NCBI GenBank assembly: GCA_001600695.1
Contig: BCKQ01000023.1
Location: 40,940 to 104,939, forward strand
Source: Ascoidea asiatica JCM 7603
Lineage: Eukaryota; Fungi; Ascomycota
Length of the DNA stretch: 64,000 bases
Direction of reading: 5' to 3'
The position numbers were made by a program, and so were the translations under genes. This document shows positions 31,799 through 44,335 of the stretch, piece after piece (position 1 is the stretch's first letter; every line of letters starts with the position of its first letter). The notes beneath the pieces are model-generated. The model was not told where the DNA came from, made no database searches, and was given only the letters and a program-made list of their open reading frames with translations.

Positions 31799-34255
31799 TT
31801 AATTAAAAATTTAAATATTTATATTCTTAAAAAAATTAAATCAATTAATACTTTTAATAATGCTTTAAATTTCGTAATTCAATTATCAAATAATTCAGTT
31901 TTATTCAATTCAACTAATATAAATTTAATTTTATCTTCAATTTTAAAAGTTAAAAATAATTTAAATATTAATACAAATTCAAATTCCAATTTAATTGATT
32001 TTTATAATTCTTTTTTCAAAAATTCTATAAATTTAAATTTACTTAATAATAATATTTTAAAAATAATTTTATTAAATGATTTATTTAATTCAATTTCAAA
32101 TCAAAACAATTTGATTTCAATTAATTCTATAAATACTTTATCTAATTTTTTTGAAAATTATTCAATTAATAATTCAAATTCTGAAATTATTAATTTTAAT
32201 CAATTAATTAATTTATTATTTATTAAATCAACTTCTTTTAAGTCTCATTCAAAAATTAGAAATATTTCCTTATTATCTTTGAAAAATTCTTTCAAACATT
32301 TTAATAATAATAATAATATTAATAATAATTTGAATAATCGAAAAATTATTTTAAATGCTTTAGAAATAAATTTAAATTATGAACCAAGTATAGAAACTTC
32401 AATTGATTCAACTATAGAAATTTTAAATCAAATAAATGAAAATGATAATAAATTTATACCTTTGATTAATGAAAATTTAAATAATTTTATTCAAATTTTA
32501 ATCACATTTTTAAATTCAAATTCAATCAATTACTCAAAATTTTCGAATTCTTCTTGGAAATTAATTATAAAAATTAATAATTTTAAAAATTTTAAAATTC
32601 TAGATTCAATTAAACAAAATTTATTAAATGATTATTTATATAATAATTCAAAAGATCCAATTCAATTAGATTATTCAATTCAATTAATTTGTTCCATTTT
32701 ATCTCATGAGAATAATTTAAGTGAAATTCAATTAAATTCAATTTTAAATCTAATTAGTTTCTCTTCTTTAATATTGAACCCAAATTCAAACTCTTTGAAT
32801 AAATTAGCTAAATTAATTTCATTGAAATTTTCTTCTATAGATTCTGAAAATATTTTCAATAAAATTTTTACTTCAAATGATTTAAAAAATAAAATAATAT
32901 GTTCTTTTTTAGCTTCAATTGTATCTTATTCAAATTTAACTTCTATCATTGAAAAAAGTGAAAATGATTTATTTTCAAATAATGGTCTAAAATCTTCTGA
33001 AAAAGTTTTTCTTTTATTTTTAATTGGACATGTAGGAAAATTTCAAGATTTAAAAAACCTAAATATCAATTATTTTTATAATGAATTAAGTAACAATGAT
33101 GAAGAAATTCAATCAGCTGCTTCTGATGCTATTTCAAATATCATTTCAAGGGATTTTGAACATTTTATTGATGATTTATTAAAATATATCACAAATAAAA
33201 AGAATCCTCAAAGAAAATTATTATTACAAGCTTTAAAAGAAAATTTGAAATCATTTGATCATAAGAATACTGAATGTTTAAATCAAATCTGGGAAGAAAT
33301 TTTCAATATTCAAGAAAGTGAAAAATCTAATGAAGAAGCTGACTCAACTCTTTGTTCCGAATGCTTGTCATTAATGTGTTTATCTGATGATAATTTGATT
33401 TCTCATATCTCCAATTTTTTTGAAAATAATAATATTAAAAAAGCTCATATTCCTTCCTTATTCACAAATCTCAATACTATAAAATATCTTGTTTCATCAA
33501 TGAATTCAAAAAATATAGATTTTAAAGTTTCTCCCTTAATCACATATGTTATTGAATCAATTGGTCATCAGGATCTTGAAGTAAAGCAGCTTGCCCTAGG
33601 GACTGTCATTTCATATTTGCATAATAAAGATAATAAAATTACTTCTATTTTACCAAATCTTCTAGATGCCGTATTTGTTGAATTAACTCCAAGAAAAGAA
33701 TTCTTTAAAATAGTTAAAATTGGGTTTCAAAAGAATAAAATCGACGAAGGTTTAGGGTTGAGAAAATCGGCTTATGAAATTTTGTTTACGTTAATTACAA
33801 ATGATGAATTAATTAAAAATATGGAAAAGGAAATACTATCAGCAGTGGATTCCAAGAACAATCGGTTATTGGAGGGCTATTATGGAATTCTAAAATGTTC
33901 AATTAATGTAGGTTTAAAAGATGATGACGAGATAGTATCAATTGTTTGTTTGTTAATACCTAAGCTCATGGAAATCATATTAAAAAAGAGATATACTCCT
34001 TTTGATAACTTTTTAATCGAACCCGACTTAAATAGCTATGATTTGTGTTTGGATAATTACATTTTTCTAGTCGGTAAAATCTTTTCAAAGAATATCTCAA
34101 AAACTGCCTCGAAACAAGACATTGAAAAAAGGGAGGACTCTAAAAAAGCAATTATCAAATGTAATCATGAAATCCGAAATTTATCTTCCAAACGAGATTA
34201 TTTTTTGATTAATTCATCAAAGTGGAACAAATTTTTTCACTCAACAAAATACTAA
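29951..34255 (+). CDS. CAND1: Cullin-associated NEDD8-dissociated protein 1 (CAND1/TIP120), HEAT-repeat protein
   Basis: DSDIRFMALNDL N-terminus, acidic loop followed by SNLR, and the C-terminal TIP120 motif KIVKIGFQKNKIDEGLGLRKSAYE. Confidence 0.88.
31398..31453 (+). repeat. (AAT)n microsatellite encoding poly-Asn; a second run lies at ~31766-31797
   Basis: Directly visible. Confidence 0.95.
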
Positions 34256-35048
34256 ATTTTCAAACCAGATGTAATTTACCAAAGTTTCATTATTTTTAAA
34301 GGAAATTTTTTATACAAAATTCCTTTATTTTTAGCCTTCTCTTCTCTAATAGTGTTAATGTATCTACAAACTTTCAAGTCTTATATAGAAAGCATTGAAA
34401 TTGAACAAACGAACTTCTTCTAAAAGATCATATGCCAGTAATTAAAATTCACATATTGTTTCATATGAACATTTTGTTTTTTATCAAGTTTATTAGAGAT
34501 AAGAGAGTATTCGTGAATAAATGAGATAATTTCTGTAAATAAATATGAACTTCTTTGTTTCGAATTAATTACAATGAATACAAATAAGCAAGTGTCAAAA
34601 GCTGAAAACAAATCTGCGAATTGAATATAAAATAACTAAACTAATTAAAAACAAGATAGAAATGTTGAAAAGAAGATAAAATATGACTGTTTTATAAATT
34701 ACATGCTAAAATGTTATTTTTTTAGTTGATAAATCGAAATTCAAGACTAGTCTGGAAACAAAATAAATATTTCTGCTTAAAAGAAAAAAAAATTGAAAAG
34801 ATACAAAAAAGTATAGTAACAAAAGATATAGTATATTAAATAAAAAACAACTCAAAATATACAAAAACTAAAGTATTCAACTAATAAAACTGCTAAACAT
34901 TTTAAACAATGTTTTGGTGTGATTCATGATTATAATAAAACATAATGTAAAAGAGACAAGACCAAAACTATAGATTTACATTAAAAAAACACAAAAATAA
35001 AAAGTAAATATGTCTGAATAATAATATTGACTTCCAAAGTTGAAAAAT

Positions 35049-36509
35049 TTATTCAGGAATCTTATCAGAAATTGATTTTGACAGAGATGCCATATCTTTA
35101 TTATTACTTCCACCATGAAAAGTTTCAAAACTATTTTTATTATTCATTGAAGTTCCTACAACTGAGGAATCATATGTCCTTGAAGAGGAATAACTTCCTT
35201 GACTATTAAAAGTTTGAGACTGAGTGCTTAAATGTGAAATACCTGAGCTTGAAGTGGTTGAAGAGAAATTTGGTTGACGATTGAGAGTTCTTCTATTACT
35301 AGGAAATTGAGCAAGCAGAGCGTGATGTGTTAATGAAGGATTGGTAAGAACTAGTTTTTCAGAATTATTAATCAATATGTTCTGAGAATGTCTATGCTGA
35401 AGTTGAGGGTTATATGAACCATGATTACCAACTGGTGGAGTAGCTGTATTAGATAGTGCTCCTAGAACTGTTGGCCTAGGAGCACCTGGAAAAGAGTCAT
35501 CAGAAAGCCTTGAAAACTCACCTTGAACAAACTGATTTGGAAACCTATTTTCTGGATAAATTCTTTGATAAGGTTCGAAATTTGTTATTGCAACATTTTG
35601 ATAACCAAATGGATGTAAAGGAGGTACTATGGAAGGAATATTGTTTGTAGGTTGTGAATAATAAGAGTAATTACCCCAATTGTTACTGAAAAACTGATAT
35701 TGACTATCAAAATAAGGTGAATGAGATATATATGGAATAGTCTGTGTTTGAAACACTCTAGTCTCCGTTTGTGAAAAACAATAATCAGAAATTATAACCG
35801 GATTTTTATTTGCTTGCAAAGTGAAAGTTTCAGATGCCCTTGATTGATTTCGTTTGGAACTTCTTGGATAATCAAATTCAATAACCTGATTGTTATGTTC
35901 TTTTGGTATCAGTTTTCTGCATTCAACTAGTTTTCCTTTCAAGGTAATGTGGCTATGTTGGCTTAAAAACGAATCTGCATCTTTTATGTTTGCAAATGTT
36001 ATAAAACCAAAACCTCTTGAAGTATCACCAATATTTTTAATTTGAGAATCAATAATTAATCCATAAGGACTGAAAGCTTCTTTAAATTCTTCCTTAGTAA
36101 GATTGAAAGGTAATCCCCCAACAAATATTTTTCCAAGGCTCCTTCTTTCTTCCTCACTCATAGCTTTCTTAACATCAATAGTTTTAAAATCAACATTATG
36201 AATTTCGCAGCCCAAAACTTTTTCAATAGACTCCTCTTTTTTAAAAGTTAAGAATGCAAATCCTTTAGATATATTTGTGTTGAAATCTCTAATAACTTGG
36301 CAATTATCAATCTCACCAAACTGAGAAAAATATGTTATCAACGTTTTCTCAACAGTGATTAAATTTAATCCTCCTATAAAAAGTTTTCTATTCTGCTCAT
36401 TTTTGTTATTATTAACATTAAAATTGAAATTAGTTAGTGGATTGGCATTCGTGTGTTTTTTCTTTTTATTACGGTCAGTATTAGAACCACCTTTGAAATT
36501 AGAATACAT
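35049..36509 (-). CDS. Two-RRM RNA-binding protein, Hrp1/Musashi/hnRNP A-D-like
   Basis: RNP2/RNP1 pairs KLFIGGL...KGFAFLTF and KIFVGGL...RGFGFITF; low-complexity Q/S/P/Y tail. Confidence 0.88.
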   Translation of the reverse strand: MYSNFKGGSNTDRNKKKKHTNANPLTNFNFNVNNNKNEQNRKLFIGGLNLITVEKTLITYFSQFGEIDNCQVIRDFNTNISKGFAFLTFKKEESIEKVLGCEIHNVDFKTIDVKKAMSEEERRSLGKIFVGGLPFNLTKEEFKEAFSPYGLIIDSQIKNIGDTSRGFGFITFANIKDADSFLSQHSHITLKGKLVECRKLIPKEHNNQVIEFDYPRSSKRNQSRASETFTLQANKNPVIISDYCFSQTETRVFQTQTIPYISHSPYFDSQYQFFSNNWGNYSYYSQPTNNIPSIVPPLHPFGYQNVAITNFEPYQRIYPENRFPNQFVQGEFSRLSDDSFPGAPRPTVLGALSNTATPPVGNHGSYNPQLQHRHSQNILINNSEKLVLTNPSLTHHALLAQFPSNRRTLNRQPNFSSTTSSSGISHLSTQSQTFNSQGSYSSSRTYDSSVVGTSMNNKNSFETFHGGSNNKDMASLSKSISDKIPE

Positions 36510-39500
36510 TTGCTAATATTTGATGAATCTTGAAGGAATATACTATGAATTAAATTTTTTTTTTTTCTGTATTAGTACTTGGCCAAGCTTAAATTTGAGA
36601 AAATAAAAATTTTGGAGGCTAGTTTTAAGAGAAATTGCAAACTGTAATAAGGCAAAAAACAATATTAGAAAATAACTATTAGAATCTGATTGAAAATAAA
36701 AGTTCAACAACAGAAAATAGCAGAAAATAAATGACTATATTTACTTTATTGCAACAAGAAAAGAAAAAAAGTAAAAGGATAATATGATGTAAAATAAGAT
36801 AAAAGGAAAAGTATAATATAATATAATATAAGATAAGAAAAAAGTAAAATATGATGCCAGAAACAATCTAATAATATTATAAGTTAAATTCGATTGAATG
36901 GTTTTTAATTTGTTTAATTTAGTTTGATATGATAATATCTGTTCTGTGAATTTAGAATTTTAATTCAATGGTGGTTTTTGATTATTGATTATTGATTATT
37001 GATTATTGATTGTTAATTGTTGATTGTTGATTATACTTGATACAAAAGAAAAAAAACTTATGGAGCAAGAAAAAAATTAAAATTAAGGATTAAAAATTAC
37101 GAATTAAGTACTTGATACTTTGGTTATGCTATATGTGAAGAAGCTTTGCCGGTTTTTGAAAATCAAACTAGAAGCTATTATGATCTGGATTTTATTATTG
37201 AAAATGATAAAAAGTTTTGAGTTTCATAAAATATAAAGCAGAATTCTTAAGGAATATCCTAATATTTGAAAAATCAGCAAAATAATTTGAAAAATTGTAT
37301 AATATTTTACAAGTTTAATGATTCTTGATTTGTTTTCAGTAAAGTAATAGTGAAAACTAAAATTATAATTAATTGACTATCTAGGGATATTTTTACTTCT
37401 TGAGAATCAAGTAAATTTAGTTTTAACAATCTATTATAATGTACACTAAATATATAAGTATAGAAACCAAAAAAGGCTGATTTAATTTTGAAGATCAGAG
37501 TTAAGAAATTATACAAACTAGAACAAACTAATATAAATAAATAAATTTGAGGTTGATTGGATTAATTTTAGCTTTTGATCAAGTGCAGTATTAATATCTT
37601 TTTACGAATTTGGATTCTGATTCTGGTGAAACTCAAATATTGATTTTGTTTTGTTGACTTCTTGAAAACTTTGAATAGGCTGGTTGGATGTTTTTCTCTT
37701 TTTTGTTTATTCTTCTTGAAACTTGAAATGATAGAACTGTTGATAAATAAATATAATAAAAAAAAAAATGAAATTGTATTTTGAAAATAGTTAAGTCTTT
37801 TAGAAAAACAATTATTTTTTGTGAATTATTGATATAGCAAACTTGATTTTAATTCTTTTCTTGATAATATAATGAATTATAAGATAATAAAAAAAAGTGA
37901 AGTGAAAACCAGAACTTTTTATAAGGAATTTATGGAATATTTAAATAAAAATTTTCCTGATTTTTAATAAGAAATATCTAAAATAAAATAAAAACACTTA
38001 AATAACTTACAAAACTTAAATTAAACAAAATAAAATAAAATGAAGCCCAATAGGAAAATGATGAATTCAAATTAATTGAATACAATGAAAAGGAAATAAA
38101 AAAAATTGATAGTTTTTCTTGTTTTCTTTTGAAAACACAAAGCAGGTTGAATAAAATTGAAATTATTTGAATAATTATTTAATGAAAGGTTATAATAAGA
38201 TTGCTTCAACCACTTTTTGCACAAAAGAGTAAGCTGAGTTGAGCATATGTAACTTTAATAAGGAAAAACAAAAAGTAGAATTAAAATTTAGATTTAAATT
38301 AAAATTGAAGTTGAAATTTAAAAGTAAATTCAGTATTTAATTTTGAGGTCTCAGTCTTGCCTTGCTAGTTAGGTGATTAATAGTTTAAATATTTTAGAAT
38401 TTTCATAATTGTACAATGCAAAAACGTACAAAGTACAAAGTACAAAGTACAAAGTGCAGAGTAAAAAAGTAATAGCGTTCAAAGTAGAATGAAGTAAAAG
38501 AAAGTGAAACAAATAAAAATAAGCAAAGGAAAGAAATCGAGAAAATGAAAAAAAGGGAGAAAGAAAGAGAGAAAAAATAAAGGAAATCAAGAAAGGTATA
38601 TTAAGGCACATATGAAGAGAATTGAAGCGATAATCGAATATAATGCAACATAATACTGTACAATATAATATAAGAACAGTAAAACAGAATCTTTTTGTTT
38701 AGTGTGATAGACGTTGAAAAGACTATTATAACAAATATTATACTTAACACTATAATCTTGTAACGCTATTAATATTAATGTAAATGTTGAAGTTCATTTA
38801 ATTTGAATTAACTTGAATTAATTTGAATTGGCTTTGAAAATGATTTCGAGATTAAATAAAGATGTTTATGATTGGATGAGATTGATATAAATGATTAATT
38901 TGATATTGTGTAAACATCGGAAATATTAAAGGGGTTAGTTTTGTAAACTTTCAATAAAGTTGAAAATGGAATTGGAATTGAATATGAATCACGAATCACT
39001 AATGGAAAATTAAGAATTGTAAGCATTATAAAAATTACTAACGATTAATAAAGGATGTAATGAAATTAAAAGAACCGTAAGTATATTTGAAAATGCAATG
39101 CATCAGAATGATAATACAAACAAAAAAGTTAAAATTGAGTTTTGAAGATTGTAGTTGCTATTAATTTTGAATCAATTTTGATAAAATAATAAAAACAGAG
39201 CTGAATTTGATTGTTTATCTAAAAAATTTCTCTTATTTATTTTTGAACCCTTACAATTTGTAGGTACTCTGGAAATTCCGTAGAAAATTTTTTTGAACGA
39301 TAATAATTATTTTAATTTCTATTGATAGAATTTAATTTGAATATATTCCATAATCAACCAAGTTAGTAAAATCATACGTATAATAATTTGTATGTGTAAT
39401 ATTGAAAACTCTTGTTCTTTCGTAAAACATTAAAAGGTGGTCATTATGAAAGTAGAAGAAATTACTTGAATTGGTTTAAATGCAGTGAATTGTAAAGAAT

Positions 39501-42226
39501 TATCCTGTTAGTTTATAAAAATACCCATCCATAATAATTAAATCCATTATTAATAAATAATTAGATAAACAAATAAAGAAAGAAACAAATAAATATGAAC
39601 TCTAGAAACTGTTTAAGTTTCGAACTTTAATTAGTGGCTGAATGATTTTGCAGGAAATTACCATTTTTTGACTAAATTTTTGGAATATTATTTATTGATA
39701 ATAGAAATTATTTACTTATCAGCAATTTATCAAATAATTATCAGATAATTTCACAAAGCTGTTACGTATTTTTCATATATTCATTTCACATTCATTCTAT
39801 ATTCATTTTTTAGTCAAATTAGTAAAATTAGTCAAATAAACCGGTCTCTGTTGGAAGGTGGCAATGCAGCGCTTTCTACCGCATGTTTCTGCCTCCTTTC
39901 ACGGAGGCGTTTTGAGGCAAACGTACGTAAGAGATACTTGGTGGACGCAAGTAGCAGTGTAATGGACGGAGACAGCGCTGCGGATCAAAATCCGCATTTT
40001 TTCAGCCGCAGACCTTGACTGCAGTCTTGTGCGTGTGTGCACATCCCTTTCGGTGAAGAAACAGCACTCGGCAATCAGGCGCCGCTGGCAAGCGTTCCGG
40101 AAACCATCCGGCCACAAATGATCCATCGTCACCGAATTTACGTAATTTTCAGCTTATATCGGATATTCATGATTCTTCAATTAAAAAAAAAAACTTCAGA
40201 AGCTTAATATTTTAATTTACTATAATAACTTATGATAGTGGTTAATAACAATACTAGTTATTAAAATACTGGTGGTGTATTATAGTAGTGTAAATAATCA
40301 TTTATAAATGCCATTATTACGATATGCATTTGGCTTTAAAATCAAATTGAAATTGGCCACTTCAAACCAAAATGATAGTTGATTGATAAAAAAATTCTTT
40401 TCATGAAATTAAGTGACAAAATCATAATAGTTAACTCGTCTAAAAATCTTTAAACTGTATACGGTAAGTACATTTATAGATTTCGAGACTATTCTTACGT
40501 AGGTTTTTGTAATACTTAGTACTTTCAAACAGATCTTCCAGAATCATCAAAATACTATTAATTGTATTGCAATTGATTGATAAAAAAAGAGGATATTTTG
40601 TTTTTTTTTGTCTATTTTTTTGCATAGGATTTTACCAAATTTGAGGCGTGTTGCAGGTAACTAAGAATAAATGTATGAATTATAAAAAGATATAAATTAT
40701 GGTAAGAATATAAGCCTTCTCAGCATTAAAAAATTCATTTTTCAAAATATTTTTATTTAAAACAATATTAGCTCTATTTACCCTACTGATGTTATAAAAT
40801 TTAGTGGCCTGATAAAAACGAATTTTTAAGTCTATTACACATTTTTTAAGAAATTCATCAACTACCCTCTCAGTTCTTAAGCAATTATTGTTTGTATACT
40901 CTTTATATATTTTAATTATTACTTTTATACCGCAAATTTACCAGTACAATTGTTTGAAAAATGAAATAAATATTAAAAAATAAAAAAAAAATTGATGACT
41001 GCAAATAATTATTTCTTCAAATAAATATTTTGAACAGTTTTAAATATACCAAATATTCCCCAAATGGCACCTTTAAATTTCAATTTACAACCAATATTCA
41101 ATTCAACATTGAATATTTTAACCATTAACCTTAACATCAAATTGCAAACCAGAACATTGAACGGGCTGTTCGCGAACATTTTATGTTAAAATACGTTTGT
41201 GTCTTGTGTCCAGAAACTGAAAGCACAGATGATGCACTATTTTTGTACTATTATGCATAACAGAGGCTGTTAGCAAACTAATGAACTGTTTTAAACGCAT
41301 TCTCCAGTGAGTTTCTGGATCAGCAGACACTTCCAAGCACAAAACAACTTAAGACCAACGTTTCATAGTTTGTCTCTGTGCACAGAACCTTAGCCAACAA
41401 ACAAGAAGTATAACGGTGCTTGCCAACGCAAACACTGCTATTTTGTATAGTGTACAATCACGCAGCTTTCATTGAACCGAAAGAGTTAAATTTCAGTAGT
41501 TACCCTACAATATGCTATGTAGTACACACATACACGTACCGAAGAAGTACTTAAGTGCAGTTATTTCCGAGGGAAAAAGACCGGAATTTACCGGTAGAAA
41601 CTATTCTTACTTTTCTTATTCCAAAAGCTATATCCGTCTTTATTTCAATGATGAAAAATTAATGTGAAAATAAATGAATTCTTTTAAAAAAAGAAGAAAA
41701 TTTGAATTATCTTTTCACTCAAAATAAAAAAAGACTACTACTAAGAACTATGCTCTTCATTTATACATTATATTTTTTCTCAGATAGACAAATAATTAAA
41801 AGTTGTCACAACCATATGGTAACCATATTTTAGTATAATTATACTATAATCTGTATGTGGTTATCGAACCAATTCTTCTCGTCCGTTAAAATTATTGCCA
41901 ATTCAGAATGAATCCAGGATTGCGGGTCTCTTTTTTTTAGACTCTTTGTTAAATCCAGAAACTCAACCAACAATTTGAAAAGTAGCTTTGAGTTTTAATT
42001 GCCTGGTAAAGAAACACTAAATAAAATACTATAACTACTGCAGCAGTAATGATTAGTTTCAAAATACTTAAATATCAGCAAATTAATCAATTGAATGATT
42101 ATTTAATTCATTGATTGTTTAAATTGAAATATATAATGTAAACTCACTTATTCTTTTTTGCTTATTTATGTGGTGATAATTTAGGAAACCTTGTGAATTA
42201 ACAAAAAGTAAAAATAAAAAGTAACA

Positions 42227-43738
42227 ATGGATCAGATAAATCATATTCAGGAGAGTAGTTTTAAAAATCAATCATTAAATTCAATAAATACAATAAACAA
42301 TGTGATGCAAATAAATAAGTTAAATTCAATTGATAATACTAATCAAGATAATGAAAACATGGGTGTATTAAAGATTCTTAATTCCAATACAATTTCTAAT
42401 TTATCAATTCAAAAATCTAATTTTAAAAATATTGATACCAAAAAAAAGCTCAGTTCTCTGATATTAACAGAAGAGGAAGCAAAAATACAAAATCAGAATT
42501 CTCTTAAATATAATCCATTCAAAAAAAATAAACCAAATAATTTACATAATTTAAATAAAAAAAATAATTGGAGTAATACAAATACTACATTTTCTGTTAG
42601 ATATTTACATAAAAATCAAAATAATATATTTCGAAATAATATCAAGAAACTTAAAAAGCCCATAAATGATTCAAAGCTATTAATTAAAACAAAAAGTAAA
42701 AATGAAATGAAAATCATAAAAAAGGAAAATGTAAATATTTCAAAAAATGAAGTCGTTTCCAACAATAAATTCAGTTCCAACAATAAATTGATTTCAAATA
42801 ATGAAATCATTTCAGGGAACAGAATTATCTCAAAGAATTTAAAAGTTTCTAAGAGTAAAATCATTTCAAAGAATTCAATCATTTCAAAAAATCTAAGTGT
42901 TCCAAACAAAAAAGACTCAAAAACCAAAGCTAAAATTCAATCTAAGCAAATTTTAGAAAAACAAGAAAATAATAAAGTAGAAATCATTCAGTATTTAAAA
43001 GATCCTCTTCAATATAAATTTTCTGATAATACAATAATTACAATAACTTCATCTGACTTCAGTTGTTTAGAAAATAATAAATGGATAAATGACACTTTAA
43101 TTGATTTTTTTTTTAAATTTTATGTTGAGAAATTTACTAAACGAGATAAAATAACTTCATCATCTTGTATTTGTTTATTAAATTCTTATTTTTTTACAAA
43201 ATTATTATCCATTGATGATGGAAATTATTTTGAAAATTTGAATGGTTGGGTAGAAAAATTTGATTTATTCAATTATGAATATATTATTTTTCCAATTAAT
43301 GAAAATTATCATTGGTATGGAATAATCATACCAAGAATTTATAATATTTTACACTCTAAAAAAGTATATTGTTATGTTTTAGATAGTCTTAATTGTAAAC
43401 ATCAAAATTTAAATAAATTCAAAAGATTTATTTTACAATATTGTATTAAGAAATTTGATTCTAAAATCCCAGAAAATTTAATCAATTTTAAAACTGCTTT
43501 AGTTCCAATTCAAGATAATTATGTTGATTGTGGTATACATCTTATATTTAATATCAAAGTATTTCTAGAGAATATTAGAAAATGTTTAAAACTTTGGAAT
43601 AATCCAAATTCTTTGAAATCTTTTAAAAATATTTTATTTCAACAAAATGAAAGAGCTTTATTTAGAAATGAACTCAGAAAAAAATTAATAAATCTTGAAT
43701 TGAAAAACAAATCAAAAAACATGAAGCTGAAAAAGTAA
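42227..43738 (+). CDS. Ulp2-like SUMO protease (peptidase C48), short paralog
   Basis: WINDTLIDFF, YFFTKL, FPINENYHW, VLDSL, QDNYVDCG; His-Asp-Cys triad intact. Confidence 0.9.
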   Translation: MDQINHIQESSFKNQSLNSINTINNVMQINKLNSIDNTNQDNENMGVLKILNSNTISNLSIQKSNFKNIDTKKKLSSLILTEEEAKIQNQNSLKYNPFKKNKPNNLHNLNKKNNWSNTNTTFSVRYLHKNQNNIFRNNIKKLKKPINDSKLLIKTKSKNEMKIIKKENVNISKNEVVSNNKFSSNNKLISNNEIISGNRIISKNLKVSKSKIISKNSIISKNLSVPNKKDSKTKAKIQSKQILEKQENNKVEIIQYLKDPLQYKFSDNTIITITSSDFSCLENNKWINDTLIDFFFKFYVEKFTKRDKITSSSCICLLNSYFFTKLLSIDDGNYFENLNGWVEKFDLFNYEYIIFPINENYHWYGIIIPRIYNILHSKKVYCYVLDSLNCKHQNLNKFKRFILQYCIKKFDSKIPENLINFKTALVPIQDNYVDCGIHLIFNIKVFLENIRKCLKLWNNPNSLKSFKNILFQQNERALFRNELRKKLINLELKNKSKNMKLKK

Positions 43739-44335
43739 AACAATTATTTTTGGAAATAGATCTGGCAATTAACCAACAAATAAATATAAAGTCGAAGATT
43801 CTATCACTATTTTTATCTTTGGGGGATGTGTAAGCTCATAGATTATCACTATCTGGAATAAATTATTTCCAGTTCTGGTAACTGCTCAAGGTTTCGTCTA
43901 TCACCGAAAGTTCAACGGATCCACAGATTTGGATTCGAGGTGGACATTGCAGAGGGTTTTGCGTTGCGGTGTGCGTGCGCACAGTTTCGAGGAGCACCAG
44001 GAAAAATATATTTTCAGGCTTTGGACAAGAGAAGAAAAAAGGAAGCAAAAGTAAACAGACAAATAGATAAGTAGATAGACTTTTAGTTGATTAGATCGAT
44101 AATAAAGTAAGTATTTTGAATAATCAAGTAGTTAAAGAAAATAGCAAAAAAGGGAAGAAGTACTGTGTAATACTATGAGAAAAAAGTTTTTAGGTAAAGG
44201 ACTTAACAGAAAATAATAGAAATAACTAAAGTGTGTGGATGGAGAAGGCAAATTAAAAATTAGTTCGTTTCTCATTAAAGATTACATCAAGAAACTCCTT
44301 TTCAAGTATTTTGAACCAAGAAAATCCTGACGAAT

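Noticed and set aside
37565-37603. TTTTAGCTTTTGATCAAGTGCAGTAT resembles the 5' part of U2 snRNA
   Set aside because: The branch-pairing GTAGTA is altered to GCAGTA, and I see no stem I or downstream U2 structure; probably chance. An Infernal search with RF00004 would settle it.
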